From assembly GCA_965261395.1 (NCBI GenBank), contig OZ253462.1, forward strand, positions 4,640,001 to 4,704,000: a stretch of 64,000 nt of DNA. The letters are read 5' to 3'. A program made the position numbers and the translations under genes. Shown one piece after another: positions 21,871-31,320 of this stretch. The DNA is from Candidatus Latescibacterota bacterium. GTDB lineage: Bacteria > Latescibacterota > UBA2968 > UBA8231. Under the pieces are notes generated by a model. That model was not told the DNA's origin and did no database searches. It saw nothing but the letters and a program-made list of their open reading frames with translations. Each line of letters begins with the position of its first letter. Positions within the stretch are counted from its first letter, which is position 1.

Positions 21871-23037
21871 TTAGCTCTTTTGCTTGGCCAAACTGCCCAG
21901 CGCCGCGAGCAGTTCGTCGATTTCGGCTTCCAGTAAGAAAAATGCAATGCTGGCGCGCAAGCCTTCGCGCCCGTGCGGCAGCGGCTTGATGACCATGTTC
22001 CACTCTTCTCTCAGGGCTTGGCTCAACTCCTCTCCCTTCCATCCCGCCAGCCCAAAGCTGACCAGCGCCGCAGACCGCTGCGGGGAGCGCGGAGTGTAGA
22101 GCACTGCACCCGGGATCTGCGCCAGCCCTTCCTTCAGCCGCCCAGCCAACGCCACCGTCCGCGCCCAGATCGCCTCCAGCCCAATGACCGACAGATACTC
22201 GACAGCAAAGGCCCAAGCCAGCACCAGCGGCCAGCACCAAGGGCCGTACTGAAAGCGCTCGGCCGTCTCGTGCAGCGCGAAAGTGCCCGCCACCGGGTCC
22301 AACCACTGTTCGGCTCGCCCGCCAGCATAGCGCACCTGCACCGCGTCGAGGGCCTCCTGCCGCACGTAGAGCAACCCCGCCGCATACGGCGCGTACATCC
22401 ACTTATAGGAAAGCAAACCGGCAAAGTCACACCCCAGCGCGTGCAAATCCAAAGGGTGCAACCCCGCCGAATGCGCCAGATCTAAAAAGCTGCGCACCCC
22501 CCGCACCCGCGCTGCCGCGCAAATTCGCTCCACCGGCAGGCGGTATCCCAAATCCGTCGTCACATGGCTCAGGGCCACCAGCTTGGTCCGCTCCCCCAGC
22601 CGCTCCTCCACCGCCTGTACCTGTCCGTCGTCGTCAATCAGCGGCACCTTCACCACCTCGACCCCGTACAGATCCCGCAAGTGCAGGGCCGGCAAAAGCA
22701 GCGCCGCTTCCTCATCCGCGCTGATCACAATCTCGTCCCCAGCCGCCCACTCCATTCCCCGCACCACCGTTTGAAACCCCTCACTGACCCCTCGCATCAA
22801 TGCCAACTCCCCAGCCGCCGCGCCGAAAAACTGCGCCAGCCGCTCCATCGCCGCCTTGCGCCGAGGATACTCCTCCTCTGGATAGACGATGTGCAAAGGC
22901 CCCCGCCGCACGATCTCTTCCGTCCACCGCGTGTACTCAGCGGCCACCGGCACCGGCGTAATACTCACTCCCCCATTTTGGAACCAAGTGTACTGCTCCA
23001 GCGCGGGGAAATCGCGGCGAATCGCTTGGATATCCAT
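21871..23037 (-). CDS. Class V PLP-dependent enzyme (cysteine desulfurase/isopenicillin N epimerase-like)
   Basis: MDIQAIRRDFPAL, LSHVT, DLAHSAG, SYKWMYAP, LRAS. Confidence 0.88.
   Translation of the reverse strand: MDIQAIRRDFPALEQYTWFQNGGVSITPVPVAAEYTRWTEEIVRRGPLHIVYPEEEYPRRKAAMERLAQFFGAAAGELALMRGVSEGFQTVVRGMEWAAGDEIVISADEEAALLLPALHLRDLYGVEVVKVPLIDDDGQVQAVEERLGERTKLVALSHVTTDLGYRLPVERICAAARVRGVRSFLDLAHSAGLHPLDLHALGCDFAGLLSYKWMYAPYAAGLLYVRQEALDAVQVRYAGGRAEQWLDPVAGTFALHETAERFQYGPWCWPLVLAWAFAVEYLSVIGLEAIWARTVALAGRLKEGLAQIPGAVLYTPRSPQRSAALVSFGLAGWKGEELSQALREEWNMVIKPLPHGREGLRASIAFFLLEAEIDELLAALGSLAKQKS
21872..21923. repeat. Right att-like direct repeat of island 1 (current 3' end of the aminotransferase gene)
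   Basis: 47/52 identical to 14470-14521; encodes IDELLAALGSLAKQKS*. Confidence 0.9.
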
Positions 23038-23042
23038 GACAT

Positions 23043-24221
23043 TTAATCCGGGGACGCGACGACGCAATAGTCGGCTGCGGCCAGCGCGTACACTTGCGCT
23101 GCTTTCTCCAGCCGATCCACCTCTACCCATTCCACATCCGCGTGCGCCGTCTCGTTTGAGGGGCCGTAGTAAAAGGTCGGCACCCCGGTCCCATGCACGT
23201 ATAAATTGGCATCCCCTACAATCCGCATCCCTATCAACTCTGCCTCTTGACCGGTCACCTGCTCGTGCGCCCGCCCCACCGCTTGCACGGCCGTATCGGC
23301 GGCGGGCGTCTCAAACGGCTCGCGCTCGTGTGCCATCTCGACCCGCAGACTCAACCCCCCAGCCTCGGCCAACGGTTGCGCCAAGGCTTCCAATTCCGCC
23401 AATACCTGCGGCGCGGCGCGCCCGGGTAGCCAGCGCCGAGTTCCCGTCAGAGTACAGCAGAGCGGTGTGCGATTGAAATAGTCACCCCCGGCGACGATCC
23501 CTAGGTCAATTCGCTCGGCACCGGCCAAAGCATGAGCCGGCCCTGCGTCGAGCTCGAGTTGATACTGGTGGATCCGCTCGATGAGCGCGCCCACAAAGCG
23601 GAGTGGATTTTCCGCAAAGGGCACGTACTGGGTGTGCTTGCCGCCAGCGGCCGATTCGAGCGCGATGGTAAAGACCATGGACCCCATGCTCATCACCCAC
23701 AGCGCGTCGCGGCCCTCGACAATCAAGATCCGGTCGCCGCCAATCCGACCGCTGTTGCGATCGGCGATCAGCGTCAGCGGCCCGTCCTTTTGCGCCTCGA
23801 CCTCCTCGTGCCCCACAATCGCCGTCAGCCACAAGTCGCCCTGCAATTCTACCCCGCTTTCCAAGAGCGCCTTGACCGCACCCAACGCCGCGGCCATCCC
23901 CCCCTTCATGTCGGTCGCTCCCCGTCCGTACACGCGGTTGCCTTCGCGGCGGGCGGGCGGGCAAGACCCCACGGGAATGGTGTCGAGATGGCCATTGAGC
24001 ATCAGCGCGGGGCCATCCCCTCGGCCCGCGATGCGCGCATAGAGGTTGTTGCGCCCCGGAGTCACTTCCCGCACATCGACCTCTAAGCCGACCTCGCGCA
24101 TCATGGCCTCATAGGCGCGGCACACTTCGGCTTCGGCCATGGTTACGCTGTAAATATCGACCAATTCCCGGGTCCGCTCGACCACCCATTCTCGGTCGAT
24201 AGCTGCGATTAATTTTTCCAT
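23043..24221 (-). CDS. M20 family peptidase/deacylase (ArgE/DapE-like)
   Basis: LNGHLDTIP, GRGATDMKGG, HEE, AHADVEWV. Confidence 0.9.
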   Translation of the reverse strand: MEKLIAAIDREWVVERTRELVDIYSVTMAEAEVCRAYEAMMREVGLEVDVREVTPGRNNLYARIAGRGDGPALMLNGHLDTIPVGSCPPARREGNRVYGRGATDMKGGMAAALGAVKALLESGVELQGDLWLTAIVGHEEVEAQKDGPLTLIADRNSGRIGGDRILIVEGRDALWVMSMGSMVFTIALESAAGGKHTQYVPFAENPLRFVGALIERIHQYQLELDAGPAHALAGAERIDLGIVAGGDYFNRTPLCCTLTGTRRWLPGRAAPQVLAELEALAQPLAEAGGLSLRVEMAHEREPFETPAADTAVQAVGRAHEQVTGQEAELIGMRIVGDANLYVHGTGVPTFYYGPSNETAHADVEWVEVDRLEKAAQVYALAAADYCVVASPD

Positions 24222-24365
24222 TTGCGTTGATCCATCCTCTCTCGCGTGTTCTCGTCTAGCTGGGATGCCTCGCTTGCACCGCCAATAGGAGGAGCCTTCT
24301 TTAAGCGATAGTATCATAGTAAACAATCAACCGCTTGGGCACCCTGAATACGCAACTAAATCGCC

Positions 24366-27300
24366 ATGACGACCAAAATGACGACAGCGGTTGAAACCTA
24401 TCTCGCCGACCTGCAACGAGTCCGCGCCTCGGGTGGCGCGACTGGCGAGCGGTCGAGCTATGGACCGCTCGCCAACCTGCTGAATGCCATCGGCGCAACG
24501 CTCAAACCCAAGGTGTTTTGCGTTGGCGAGTTGGCCGATCAGGGAGCGGGACATCCCGACTTTGGACTTTATGCAGCAAAGCAGGTGCAGAAGGGGCAAC
24601 CGAAACAGGGGCAGGTGCCCGAAGGCGGCGTGGTTGAAGTGAAGGCGGCTGACGATGACGCTTGGCTGACCGCGGCGGGCGATCAGGTGAGCCGCTATTG
24701 GGACCGCTATCGGCTGGTGCTGGTGACCAATACGCGCGACTTCGTGCTGGTTGGAGAGGATGCGGCGGGGCGACCGGCCAAGCTCGAAACGTTTCGGCTG
24801 GCGACAAGCGCGGCGGAGTTCGCGCAACGGTTGGAGAGTCCGCGTGCTTTTGCTAGCGAGGTCGGCACGGGTTTAGGGGAATATCTGTGCCGAGCGTTGT
24901 CGCATCGGGCGCGGCTGGTGGAGCCGAAGGACTTGGCTTGGCTGTTGGCGTCTCATGCTCGAGATGCGCTGGCGCGAGTTGAGGCCGCGGGCGATGCGCC
25001 GTCGTTGGCAGCGGTGCGGGCGGCACTGGAAGAGGCGCTGGGCGTCCGCTTTGAGGGCGAACGAGGGGCGCGGTTTTTCCGTTCTACGCTGGTGCAGACG
25101 CTGTTCTACGGGGTGTTTTCCGCTTGGGTGCTGTGGGCGCGGCAAACACCGCTGCCCACGAGAGCGTTCAATTGGCGTGAAGCGGTTTGGCATTTGCGGG
25201 CACCCGTCATGCAGGCGCTGTTCCAGCAACTATCGCAGCCTGACCGGCTGCAACCGCTCGGCCTCGTCGAAGTGTTGGATTGGACATCTGCTGCGCTCGA
25301 CCGGGTGGATTGCGACGCCTTCTTTGACCGCTTCAACGAGGGTGAGGCCGTAACCTATTTCTACGAGCCGTTCCTCGAAGCCTTTGATCCCGATCTACGC
25401 AAGCAGTTGGGCGTCTGGTACACGCCAGCCGAAGTGGTCCGCTACATGGTCGCCCGCGTCGATAAGGCGCTCCGGGACGATCTCGGCATTGCCGACGGGC
25501 TGGCCGCGGAAAACGTCTATGTGCTCGATCCTTGCTGCGGCACTGGGGCGTATCTGGCGGAGGTGCTGCGCCGGATTGCTGCCAATCTGGAAAATCAAGG
25601 CTTGGGTGCGCTTACTGGCGCACGGGTCAAGCAGGCGGCGACCGAGCGCGTATTCGGCTTTGAGATTATGCCTGCGCCTTTTGTCGTCGCCCATTTGCAA
25701 GTTGGGTTGACCATGCAGGCGCTCGACGCGGCGCTGGCCGATGACGGGAAGGAACGCGCCCAAGTGTTCCTCACCAATGCGCTGACCGGCTGGGAGCCGC
25801 ACCCGACCAAGCCGCTGCCGTTCCCCGAACTGGAGGAGGAACGCGACCGTGCCGAGCGGGTGAAGCAGGAGACGCCGATTCTGGTGATCTTGGGAAATCC
25901 ACCCTATAACGGCTTTGCTGGCATGGCGGTGGACGAGGAACGCGAGCTGTCGGAAGCCTACCGCATGACCAAGCGGGTGCGCCGACCTGAAGGCCAAGGA
26001 CTGAACGATCTCTATGTTCGCTTTTTTCGCATGGCGGAACGGCGCATTGCGAGGACGGGCCAAGGCGTGGTGTGCTTCATTTCCAACTATTCCTGGCTCG
26101 ACGGGCTGTCGTTTACGGGAATGCGGGAGCGCTATCTGGAGACGTTCGATGCGATACGGATTGACTGCTTGAATGGCGACAAATACAAGACCGGCAAAAT
26201 TGCGCCGGACGGTTCGCCGGACCCGAGTATCTTTTCGTCGCCGGACGATCCAGTCGGCATTCAAGTTGGGACGGCGATTGCAACGCTGGTGCGCAAACTC
26301 GATCATGCGCCAACTGGAGAGGTCGGCTTTCGGCATCTGTGGGGACAGGGCAAGCGCGAGGAACTGATTGAGACGGAGGAGGCGGAACCGGGAAAGCTAT
26401 ACGAAAGCGTTGAGCCGATCCTGCCGCTTGGTTTGCCGTTTGCACAAACGGCGGTGGGGAAGGATTGGTTCGACTGGCCGGCGCTGCCCGATCTGATTCC
26501 TCGGTTTTTTGCCGGAGTCGTCGCGGGACGAGACGGCTTCCTCATAGATACCGACATTGACCGACTGCGCCGGCGACTCGCCGACTACTTCGATGCGGAT
26601 TTGAACCATGAAGAAATCGCACGGCGGTATCCGCGCGTCATGGAGACTACGGGTCGATTCAATGCTCGTTCGGCACGGGATGCGCTGCTCAAACGAGGAG
26701 GTCCTGTCGAAGCTGGATTCGTGCGCCACGCCTACCGCCCATTCGATAACCGATGGATGTACTGGGAGGCAGAAACGAAGCTTGTAGACGAGAAGCGGGC
26801 CGACTATCGGCCACATGTATTCAAGGGCAATCTGTGGCTGGTTGCTCAGAAAAAGTCATCGCAAGAATGGTGGCCGGCTCCAGTCATTTCTCACATGAGC
26901 AATAAGAAACTGCTGGATTTTGCTGCATCTTGTTTCCCAATGTGGCTTCGGGATGACGGCCTCGGAACTGACATCAACGGAATACAACGCCGTCCCAATT
27001 TGTCCGGTGCCGCGCAACGCTATCTCCGCCGTCTCGGCGCGGATGTAGAGGACCTCTTCCACCACGTCCTCGCCACCCTCCACGATCCCGCTTACCGCGA
27101 AGCCAATGTCGGGGCGCTCCGCATGGAATGGCCGCGCATCCCGCTGCCGGGCTGGCCCAATGGCGAAGCTGACGGCGCAGCAGAGACGCTCGCTGCATCA
27201 GCGGCGCGGGGCCGCGAACTGGCCCGCCTACTCGACCCCGAAGCACCAGTACCGGGCGTTACCCAAGGCACGTTGCATCCAGAAATCGCCGCCCTCGCCG

Positions 27301-27698
27301 TGCCCGCCACCACCGACGGCCGCAACATGACCGGCGACGATTTCGCACTCACCGCCGGATGGGGCCACTACGGAACGGGCGACGCCGTAATGCCGGGCCA
27401 AGGCCGCATCGTCGAACGCGAATACACGCCAGATGAACGCGCCGCGCTGGGAGAGACAATACCCGCGCTGGGCGAAAAGACGCTGGACGTGTATCTGAAC
27501 GACCGTGCCTACTGGCGCAACGTCCCCGCCGCAATTTGGGACTACAAACTCGGCGGCTACCAAGTCCTTAAAAAATGGCTATCCTACCGCGAGCACGATG
27601 TTTTGGGGCGGGCGCTGACGCCGGAGGAAGTGCTGTACTTTGCGGAGATGACGCGGAGGATTGGGGCGATATTGCAGGTAACTTCTATAACTGCTTAA
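24366..27698 (+). CDS. Single-chain restriction-modification enzyme: PD-(D/E)xK nuclease, N6-adenine MTase and Type ISP-like C-terminal specificity domain
   Basis: GHPDFG...VEVKA, GVWYTP, LDPCCGTG, GNPPY, YRPFD, GGYQVLKKWLSYR; no helicase motifs seen. Confidence 0.88.
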   Translation: MTTKMTTAVETYLADLQRVRASGGATGERSSYGPLANLLNAIGATLKPKVFCVGELADQGAGHPDFGLYAAKQVQKGQPKQGQVPEGGVVEVKAADDDAWLTAAGDQVSRYWDRYRLVLVTNTRDFVLVGEDAAGRPAKLETFRLATSAAEFAQRLESPRAFASEVGTGLGEYLCRALSHRARLVEPKDLAWLLASHARDALARVEAAGDAPSLAAVRAALEEALGVRFEGERGARFFRSTLVQTLFYGVFSAWVLWARQTPLPTRAFNWREAVWHLRAPVMQALFQQLSQPDRLQPLGLVEVLDWTSAALDRVDCDAFFDRFNEGEAVTYFYEPFLEAFDPDLRKQLGVWYTPAEVVRYMVARVDKALRDDLGIADGLAAENVYVLDPCCGTGAYLAEVLRRIAANLENQGLGALTGARVKQAATERVFGFEIMPAPFVVAHLQVGLTMQALDAALADDGKERAQVFLTNALTGWEPHPTKPLPFPELEEERDRAERVKQETPILVILGNPPYNGFAGMAVDEERELSEAYRMTKRVRRPEGQGLNDLYVRFFRMAERRIARTGQGVVCFISNYSWLDGLSFTGMRERYLETFDAIRIDCLNGDKYKTGKIAPDGSPDPSIFSSPDDPVGIQVGTAIATLVRKLDHAPTGEVGFRHLWGQGKREELIETEEAEPGKLYESVEPILPLGLPFAQTAVGKDWFDWPALPDLIPRFFAGVVAGRDGFLIDTDIDRLRRRLADYFDADLNHEEIARRYPRVMETTGRFNARSARDALLKRGGPVEAGFVRHAYRPFDNRWMYWEAETKLVDEKRADYRPHVFKGNLWLVAQKKSSQEWWPAPVISHMSNKKLLDFAASCFPMWLRDDGLGTDINGIQRRPNLSGAAQRYLRRLGADVEDLFHHVLATLHDPAYREANVGALRMEWPRIPLPGWPNGEADGAAETLAASAARGRELARLLDPEAPVPGVTQGTLHPEIAALAVPATTDGRNMTGDDFALTAGWGHYGTGDAVMPGQGRIVEREYTPDERAALGETIPALGEKTLDVYLNDRAYWRNVPAAIWDYKLGGYQVLKKWLSYREHDVLGRALTPEEVLYFAEMTRRIGAILQVTSITA

Positions 27699-27800
27699 GG
27701 CCGAGCCGTTGGTACGCGAAGAGACGATTCGGACGATGCACAAAGGGGGCGGACGCGACGGCTGCCTCCGTTGAGCTTGTCGGGAGTGGTGATAAGGCTC

Positions 27801-28340
27801 TCACTTCGATGTTTGGGATAGAGTGGAGTCGTTGAGCTTCCGTATAAGGTGATTAGCTAGGACAAGCATTTCTAAAGCGACCTCTGATTGATCGTCAAGC
27901 TCATGGTCATGGGCTCGGGGGTTTCTAATTCCGGTCATTGTTCCAGCAAACATTTCCATGTAGCCACGCTGCTCGCTTTTTTCTGTATCTGAGATAAATT
28001 TGTTCAGCTTGAGGACGGGAGAATTAGCGCTAAAGGCTACCCGCATCAAATCAGCTCCGTCCCTTTCGGTCAGTCCAGACTTTTTCTTGACGGCGTTATT
28101 CAGATACTTGAACGCTTCTTCAACAGCGCGTGCGTAGTGGCCATCGGCAAACAGCTTTCTGCTCACACCACGAAGCTCCTGAATAGGCACTGCCTCGTCG
28201 AATCGGTCAAGCAGTGAACGTCCGGCACCGGCGCTTTGGTCAGGCTTTGGACGAGACCAACCCAGCCCAGCTTCGTCCACCTCTCGTTGAATCTTGTCGG
28301 CTATTTCGAGCCAGTGGTTATAACTGTGAATCCTCGCCAA
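27801..28340 (-). CDS. TIGR02391 (Ymh) HEPN-like family protein
   Basis: LFADGHYARAVEEAFK, DGADLM..AFS, EQRGYM.MFAG...GIRNPRAH (RxxxxH). Confidence 0.82.
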   Translation of the reverse strand: MARIHSYNHWLEIADKIQREVDEAGLGWSRPKPDQSAGAGRSLLDRFDEAVPIQELRGVSRKLFADGHYARAVEEAFKYLNNAVKKKSGLTERDGADLMRVAFSANSPVLKLNKFISDTEKSEQRGYMEMFAGTMTGIRNPRAHDHELDDQSEVALEMLVLANHLIRKLNDSTLSQTSK

Positions 28341-28343
28341 TCC

Positions 28344-29141
28344 TTAGTTACTCTCGCGCCCGTAAAGATGCCGGGCCATGCTTGCGAAGATTTGATCAAT
28401 CTGTTCGGAACTGGCCGTTGAGTCGATATGAATTTGAATATCGACGTGCAACTCCGGTAAATTCGGCCTCAGAGTTTCCTTCCTATTGTCCTCGGCAGGT
28501 GTAACTGGGGCATCAGGCAAATCCGTGTCGTGCGGTTTCGGAGAGCCCTCGGCAGCACTCGTTGACTTTTCCGGCTTTTCCTCAAGTACTTGCTCAATGG
28601 TTCTGACATAGTCATTACCGGAGATGTCATGTATGAGGCCAAGAAACCGAAGGTTCGCAGTGAATATCTCAGCGGCCTTACTACGATCAGAATCGTCAAC
28701 TCCTACATTTACAAGTTCGTCCCCCAGTACCTCGTCGGTAGGAATACGTTGGTCCTTCAGCTTCTCATAGAGATTGTTGAAAGGCTCAATTTGTCCTATC
28801 GCGAGTTGGAACTGCATTTCAATAGCTTCGCGAGGAGATTCCTCCACGGACAAAGCCATTCGACCTTTGTCCGTGATTGATAGGGACGAGGCAGTGTAGC
28901 TCCCCGAAGTCAGCCTATACTTCGACGAACTAGTGACTAGTTCCCGACCTGAACTGCTGGTAGGCGACCGTCCAAGTTTCCCGAATAGTGTTAGACGCCG
29001 TATTTCACCACTAACACCGTGCTCCATAATCGCCTTAGGCAACACGAGTGATTGTTCAAAATTCATCAAGGGAAAGGGTCTTGAGTGGCGGCGGCGTTTT
29101 GGCCGTCCCTCCTCGTGTTCGGCGTTACTATGCTGTGTCAC
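28344..29141 (-). CDS. Hypothetical protein, winged-helix-like N-terminus with a DUF5343-like C-terminal motif
   Basis: GTG start after AGGAG; C-terminal LHVDIQIHIDSTASSEQIDQIFASMARHLY; 3 nt from the TIGR02391 gene. Confidence 0.6.
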   Translation of the reverse strand: MTQHSNAEHEEGRPKRRRHSRPFPLMNFEQSLVLPKAIMEHGVSGEIRRLTLFGKLGRSPTSSSGRELVTSSSKYRLTSGSYTASSLSITDKGRMALSVEESPREAIEMQFQLAIGQIEPFNNLYEKLKDQRIPTDEVLGDELVNVGVDDSDRSKAAEIFTANLRFLGLIHDISGNDYVRTIEQVLEEKPEKSTSAAEGSPKPHDTDLPDAPVTPAEDNRKETLRPNLPELHVDIQIHIDSTASSEQIDQIFASMARHLYGRESN

Positions 29142-29279
29142 TTATCATCTCCTATGTCTATTAGGCTTCGCACCCGCCCAGTCAGCAAGGCACCCGCTGT
29201 AGATGCCTTAGTTGCCCAAAAAGTTAGCTCTTCACCAATATCTCTGCAAGAACCTCGTCCACGCTGTCAAACACGGCGA

Positions 29280-29579
29280 TTATGACCTGCACCTTCCTTC
29301 CTCCCGCTCACGCAAGACCGCCGAACGCACGGCTGCCTGGGGGTCCGCAGGACGCGGCAGGTCCCAAAAATCCTCGGGCAAGGGCTTCTCCCCGCGCTTG
29401 AGGAGACCCTTTTCTTCCAGGTCTCTCAAGTGTTCAGGAAGAGGAACAGAACTCACGAGGGGCAGCAAGCGCGCAATGGGACGGCCATGCTCGGTGATTA
29501 CCACTTCTTCACCGGCTTTAACCTGACGCAGGTAGGCGCTCAACGACATTTTGAGTTGTGATACCGTAGTGGTCTGCAT
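29280..29579 (-). CDS. Phd/YefM family antitoxin
   Basis: TVSQLKMSLSAYLRQVKAGEEVVITEHGRPIARL. Confidence 0.88.
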   Translation of the reverse strand: MQTTTVSQLKMSLSAYLRQVKAGEEVVITEHGRPIARLLPLVSSVPLPEHLRDLEEKGLLKRGEKPLPEDFWDLPRPADPQAAVRSAVLREREEGRCRS

Positions 29580-29591
29580 GGAATACTCTTT

Positions 29592-29774
29592 CTAGTTAAT
29601 GCCTCCGCCCTCTCCTCCCGCGACCTCAAGCCAGAGTGCGATCACCTCCTGCATCCGTTCGAGTAACTGGTCGATTGATTTTCCTTGGGTATGACAGCCC
29701 GGAAGGCCGGGGATACTGCCAACGTAATAACCGTCTTCATCTTTCTCGATGACGATGGTGTATTCAGTACTCAT
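29592..29774 (-). CDS. HicB family antitoxin (short)
   Basis: YTIVIEKDEDGYYVGSIPGLPGCHTQGKS..EVIALWLE; RBS GGAGG. Confidence 0.88.
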   Translation of the reverse strand: MSTEYTIVIEKDEDGYYVGSIPGLPGCHTQGKSIDQLLERMQEVIALWLEVAGGEGGGIN

Positions 29775-29861
29775 TGGATCCTCCCATAGCATTCCGCAGG
29801 ACGCGGCAGATTCAGAAAATAGTGATAAACCTCTGGTTAAGCGAAACTCTCATCTTCCATG

Positions 29862-29922
29862 TTTACTATTCGAGAACTTTTTGCATCGAAGATATTGACA
29901 AACAACCCTCGAAAGGTAAATC
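29862..29922. promoter_or_regulatory. Divergent TA promoter region with inverted-repeat operator
   Basis: TTGACA at 29895; tttactattcgag (29862) and ctcgaaaggtaaa (29908) form an 11/13 inverted repeat. Confidence 0.5.
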
Positions 29923-29929
29923 TTAACAT

Positions 29930-30190
29930 ATGTACGAAGTTCGCTACCAGAAGCAGGCCGCTAGCCAACTCTTTCGCATGTCGCGCAACGTTGCACAGCG
30001 GATTTGCGCCAAGATCGACGCGATTGCGGCGTCCCCCTATGCGGAGTATCCGAACGCGATGCGGCTGCGGGAAAGGGATGGCGACTTCCGGCTCCGCGTA
30101 GGCGATTGGCGCGTGATCTATTCGCTCAACGACGAGCGAAAGGTGTTGCTGGTGGCGAAGATTGACCAGAGAGGACGAGCGTACCGATGA
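29930..30190 (+). CDS. RelE/ParE family toxin
   Basis: MYEVRY..QA..L, FRLRVGDWRVIY, RGRAYR. Confidence 0.9.
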   Translation: MYEVRYQKQAASQLFRMSRNVAQRICAKIDAIAASPYAEYPNAMRLRERDGDFRLRVGDWRVIYSLNDERKVLLVAKIDQRGRAYR

Positions 30191-30573
30191 ACAAACAGGA
30201 TGTGCAGATCATTGAGAAAAACGGCGAGCCAGAATACGCCGTCGTCCCAATTGAGGAGTACCGTCGCATGGTCGCCGCGCTTGAGGACGCAGCCGATTCT
30301 GCGGCTATCGAGCGGGCATGGGCTGAGGACGCAGCAGGCGAAACAGTCCCCGGCGAAGTCGTAAGGGCCATTCTCGCTGGCGAATCGCCCTTGCGCGTGT
30401 GGCGCAAGCATCGCGCATTCACGCTGGACGCGCTGGCCGAGCGAGTAGGTGTCTCAAAAGGGTATTTGTCGCAGATTGAGAACGGACAGAAGCCCGGGAC
30501 ACTCGGCCTATTCCGCCGACTCGCGGGCGTACTCAATGTGGCGCTGGACGAATTTGCACACCCAACGAACTAA
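30187..30573 (+). CDS. XRE-family HTH antitoxin
   Basis: VQIIEKNGEPEYAVVP N-terminus; PLRVWRKHRAFTLDALAERVGVSKGYLSQIENG; ATGA overlap with the toxin. Confidence 0.88.
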   Translation: MNKQDVQIIEKNGEPEYAVVPIEEYRRMVAALEDAADSAAIERAWAEDAAGETVPGEVVRAILAGESPLRVWRKHRAFTLDALAERVGVSKGYLSQIENGQKPGTLGLFRRLAGVLNVALDEFAHPTN

Positions 30574-30585
30574 TGGAACCCAATC

Positions 30586-30780
30586 ATGAAGACGCCACAG
30601 ACGGACCCGATCATAGCTGAAGTCCGGGCCATACGCGACCAACACGCGGCCCGCTTTGATTACGACGTCAAAGCAATTTTCAGGGACATTCAAGCCAAAC
30701 AAAAGGTTTCCGGCCGCCAGTACGTCCGCTATCCCGCTCGCCGCACAGCTCCTGAGTCCGAAGTTCAGGCGACCCGGTGA
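30586..30780 (+). CDS. Small hypothetical protein (antitoxin-like)
   Basis: DPIIAEVRAIRDQHAARFDYDVKAIFRD; in my recollection this type usually neighbours PIN toxins (unverified). Confidence 0.6.
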   Translation: MKTPQTDPIIAEVRAIRDQHAARFDYDVKAIFRDIQAKQKVSGRQYVRYPARRTAPESEVQATR

Positions 30781-30821
30781 GGCCGTGCTAGGGCCGGATC
30801 AAGGAACCGCCCAAGTTTTCC

Positions 30822-31016
30822 TCAGAAGGCTTTTTCTTGGCCCGATTCCTTCAGGATGTGATTGGCCGTGTGACGGGATTTTATTTTTCTAGCAACGGTA
30901 ATGTGTCTTTTCGTCAGAGGACTATACCAGATTTCGTGACTGCCCTTTCCATCCCGGACCTTATAGCATCCGATATCCGTGAGCAGTCTTCTGACCTGCC
31001 TTGAAAAATCTGCCAC
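30822..31016 (-). CDS. HicA family toxin
   Basis: GCYKVRDGKGSHEIW...TANHILKESG. Confidence 0.88.
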   Translation of the reverse strand: MADFSRQVRRLLTDIGCYKVRDGKGSHEIWYSPLTKRHITVARKIKSRHTANHILKESGQEKAF

Positions 31017-31250
31017 CTATACAAACTCAAGCACCGTTTTGCCGTGAATTTTGCAGGGAAGAGAGGCGGTTGTTTCATCTGCAACGCCGTTCAGACGCAG
31101 CAATTCCGGCACCATACTACGCGCCTCCTCAATTATGCCGTCGAGAGTTTCTGCTTCGAGGACTAGACCCGGCACATCTTCGCTAGTGGCAACCCACACG
31201 TTCGCTTCGGGATCCCACGTCGAATCAATAACGATTTCCCTAATGGCCAT
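31017..31250 (-). CDS. DUF1902 / HicB-like antitoxin
   Basis: WDPEANVWVATSEDVPGLVLEAETLD...VPELLRLNG; RBS AGGAGG. Confidence 0.85.
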   Translation of the reverse strand: MAIREIVIDSTWDPEANVWVATSEDVPGLVLEAETLDGIIEEARSMVPELLRLNGVADETTASLPCKIHGKTVLEFV

Positions 31251-31320
31251 ATTGCGCCTCCTTTTTATTAGTCGCAAGATAACATCCTCCCAATTCGCAT
31301 CACAATACTCAAGCCTCCTC

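Larger units (their letters stand above)
14522..21871. mobile_element. Genomic island 1 (no integrase), inserted at a gene 3' end
   Basis: Bounded by a 52-bp imperfect direct repeat; splits the aminotransferase-enolase gene pair. Confidence 0.8.

Noticed and set aside
29200-31320. Integron cassette array of TA genes
   Set aside because: Genes are in mixed orientations and no repeated attC-like spacers were found between them
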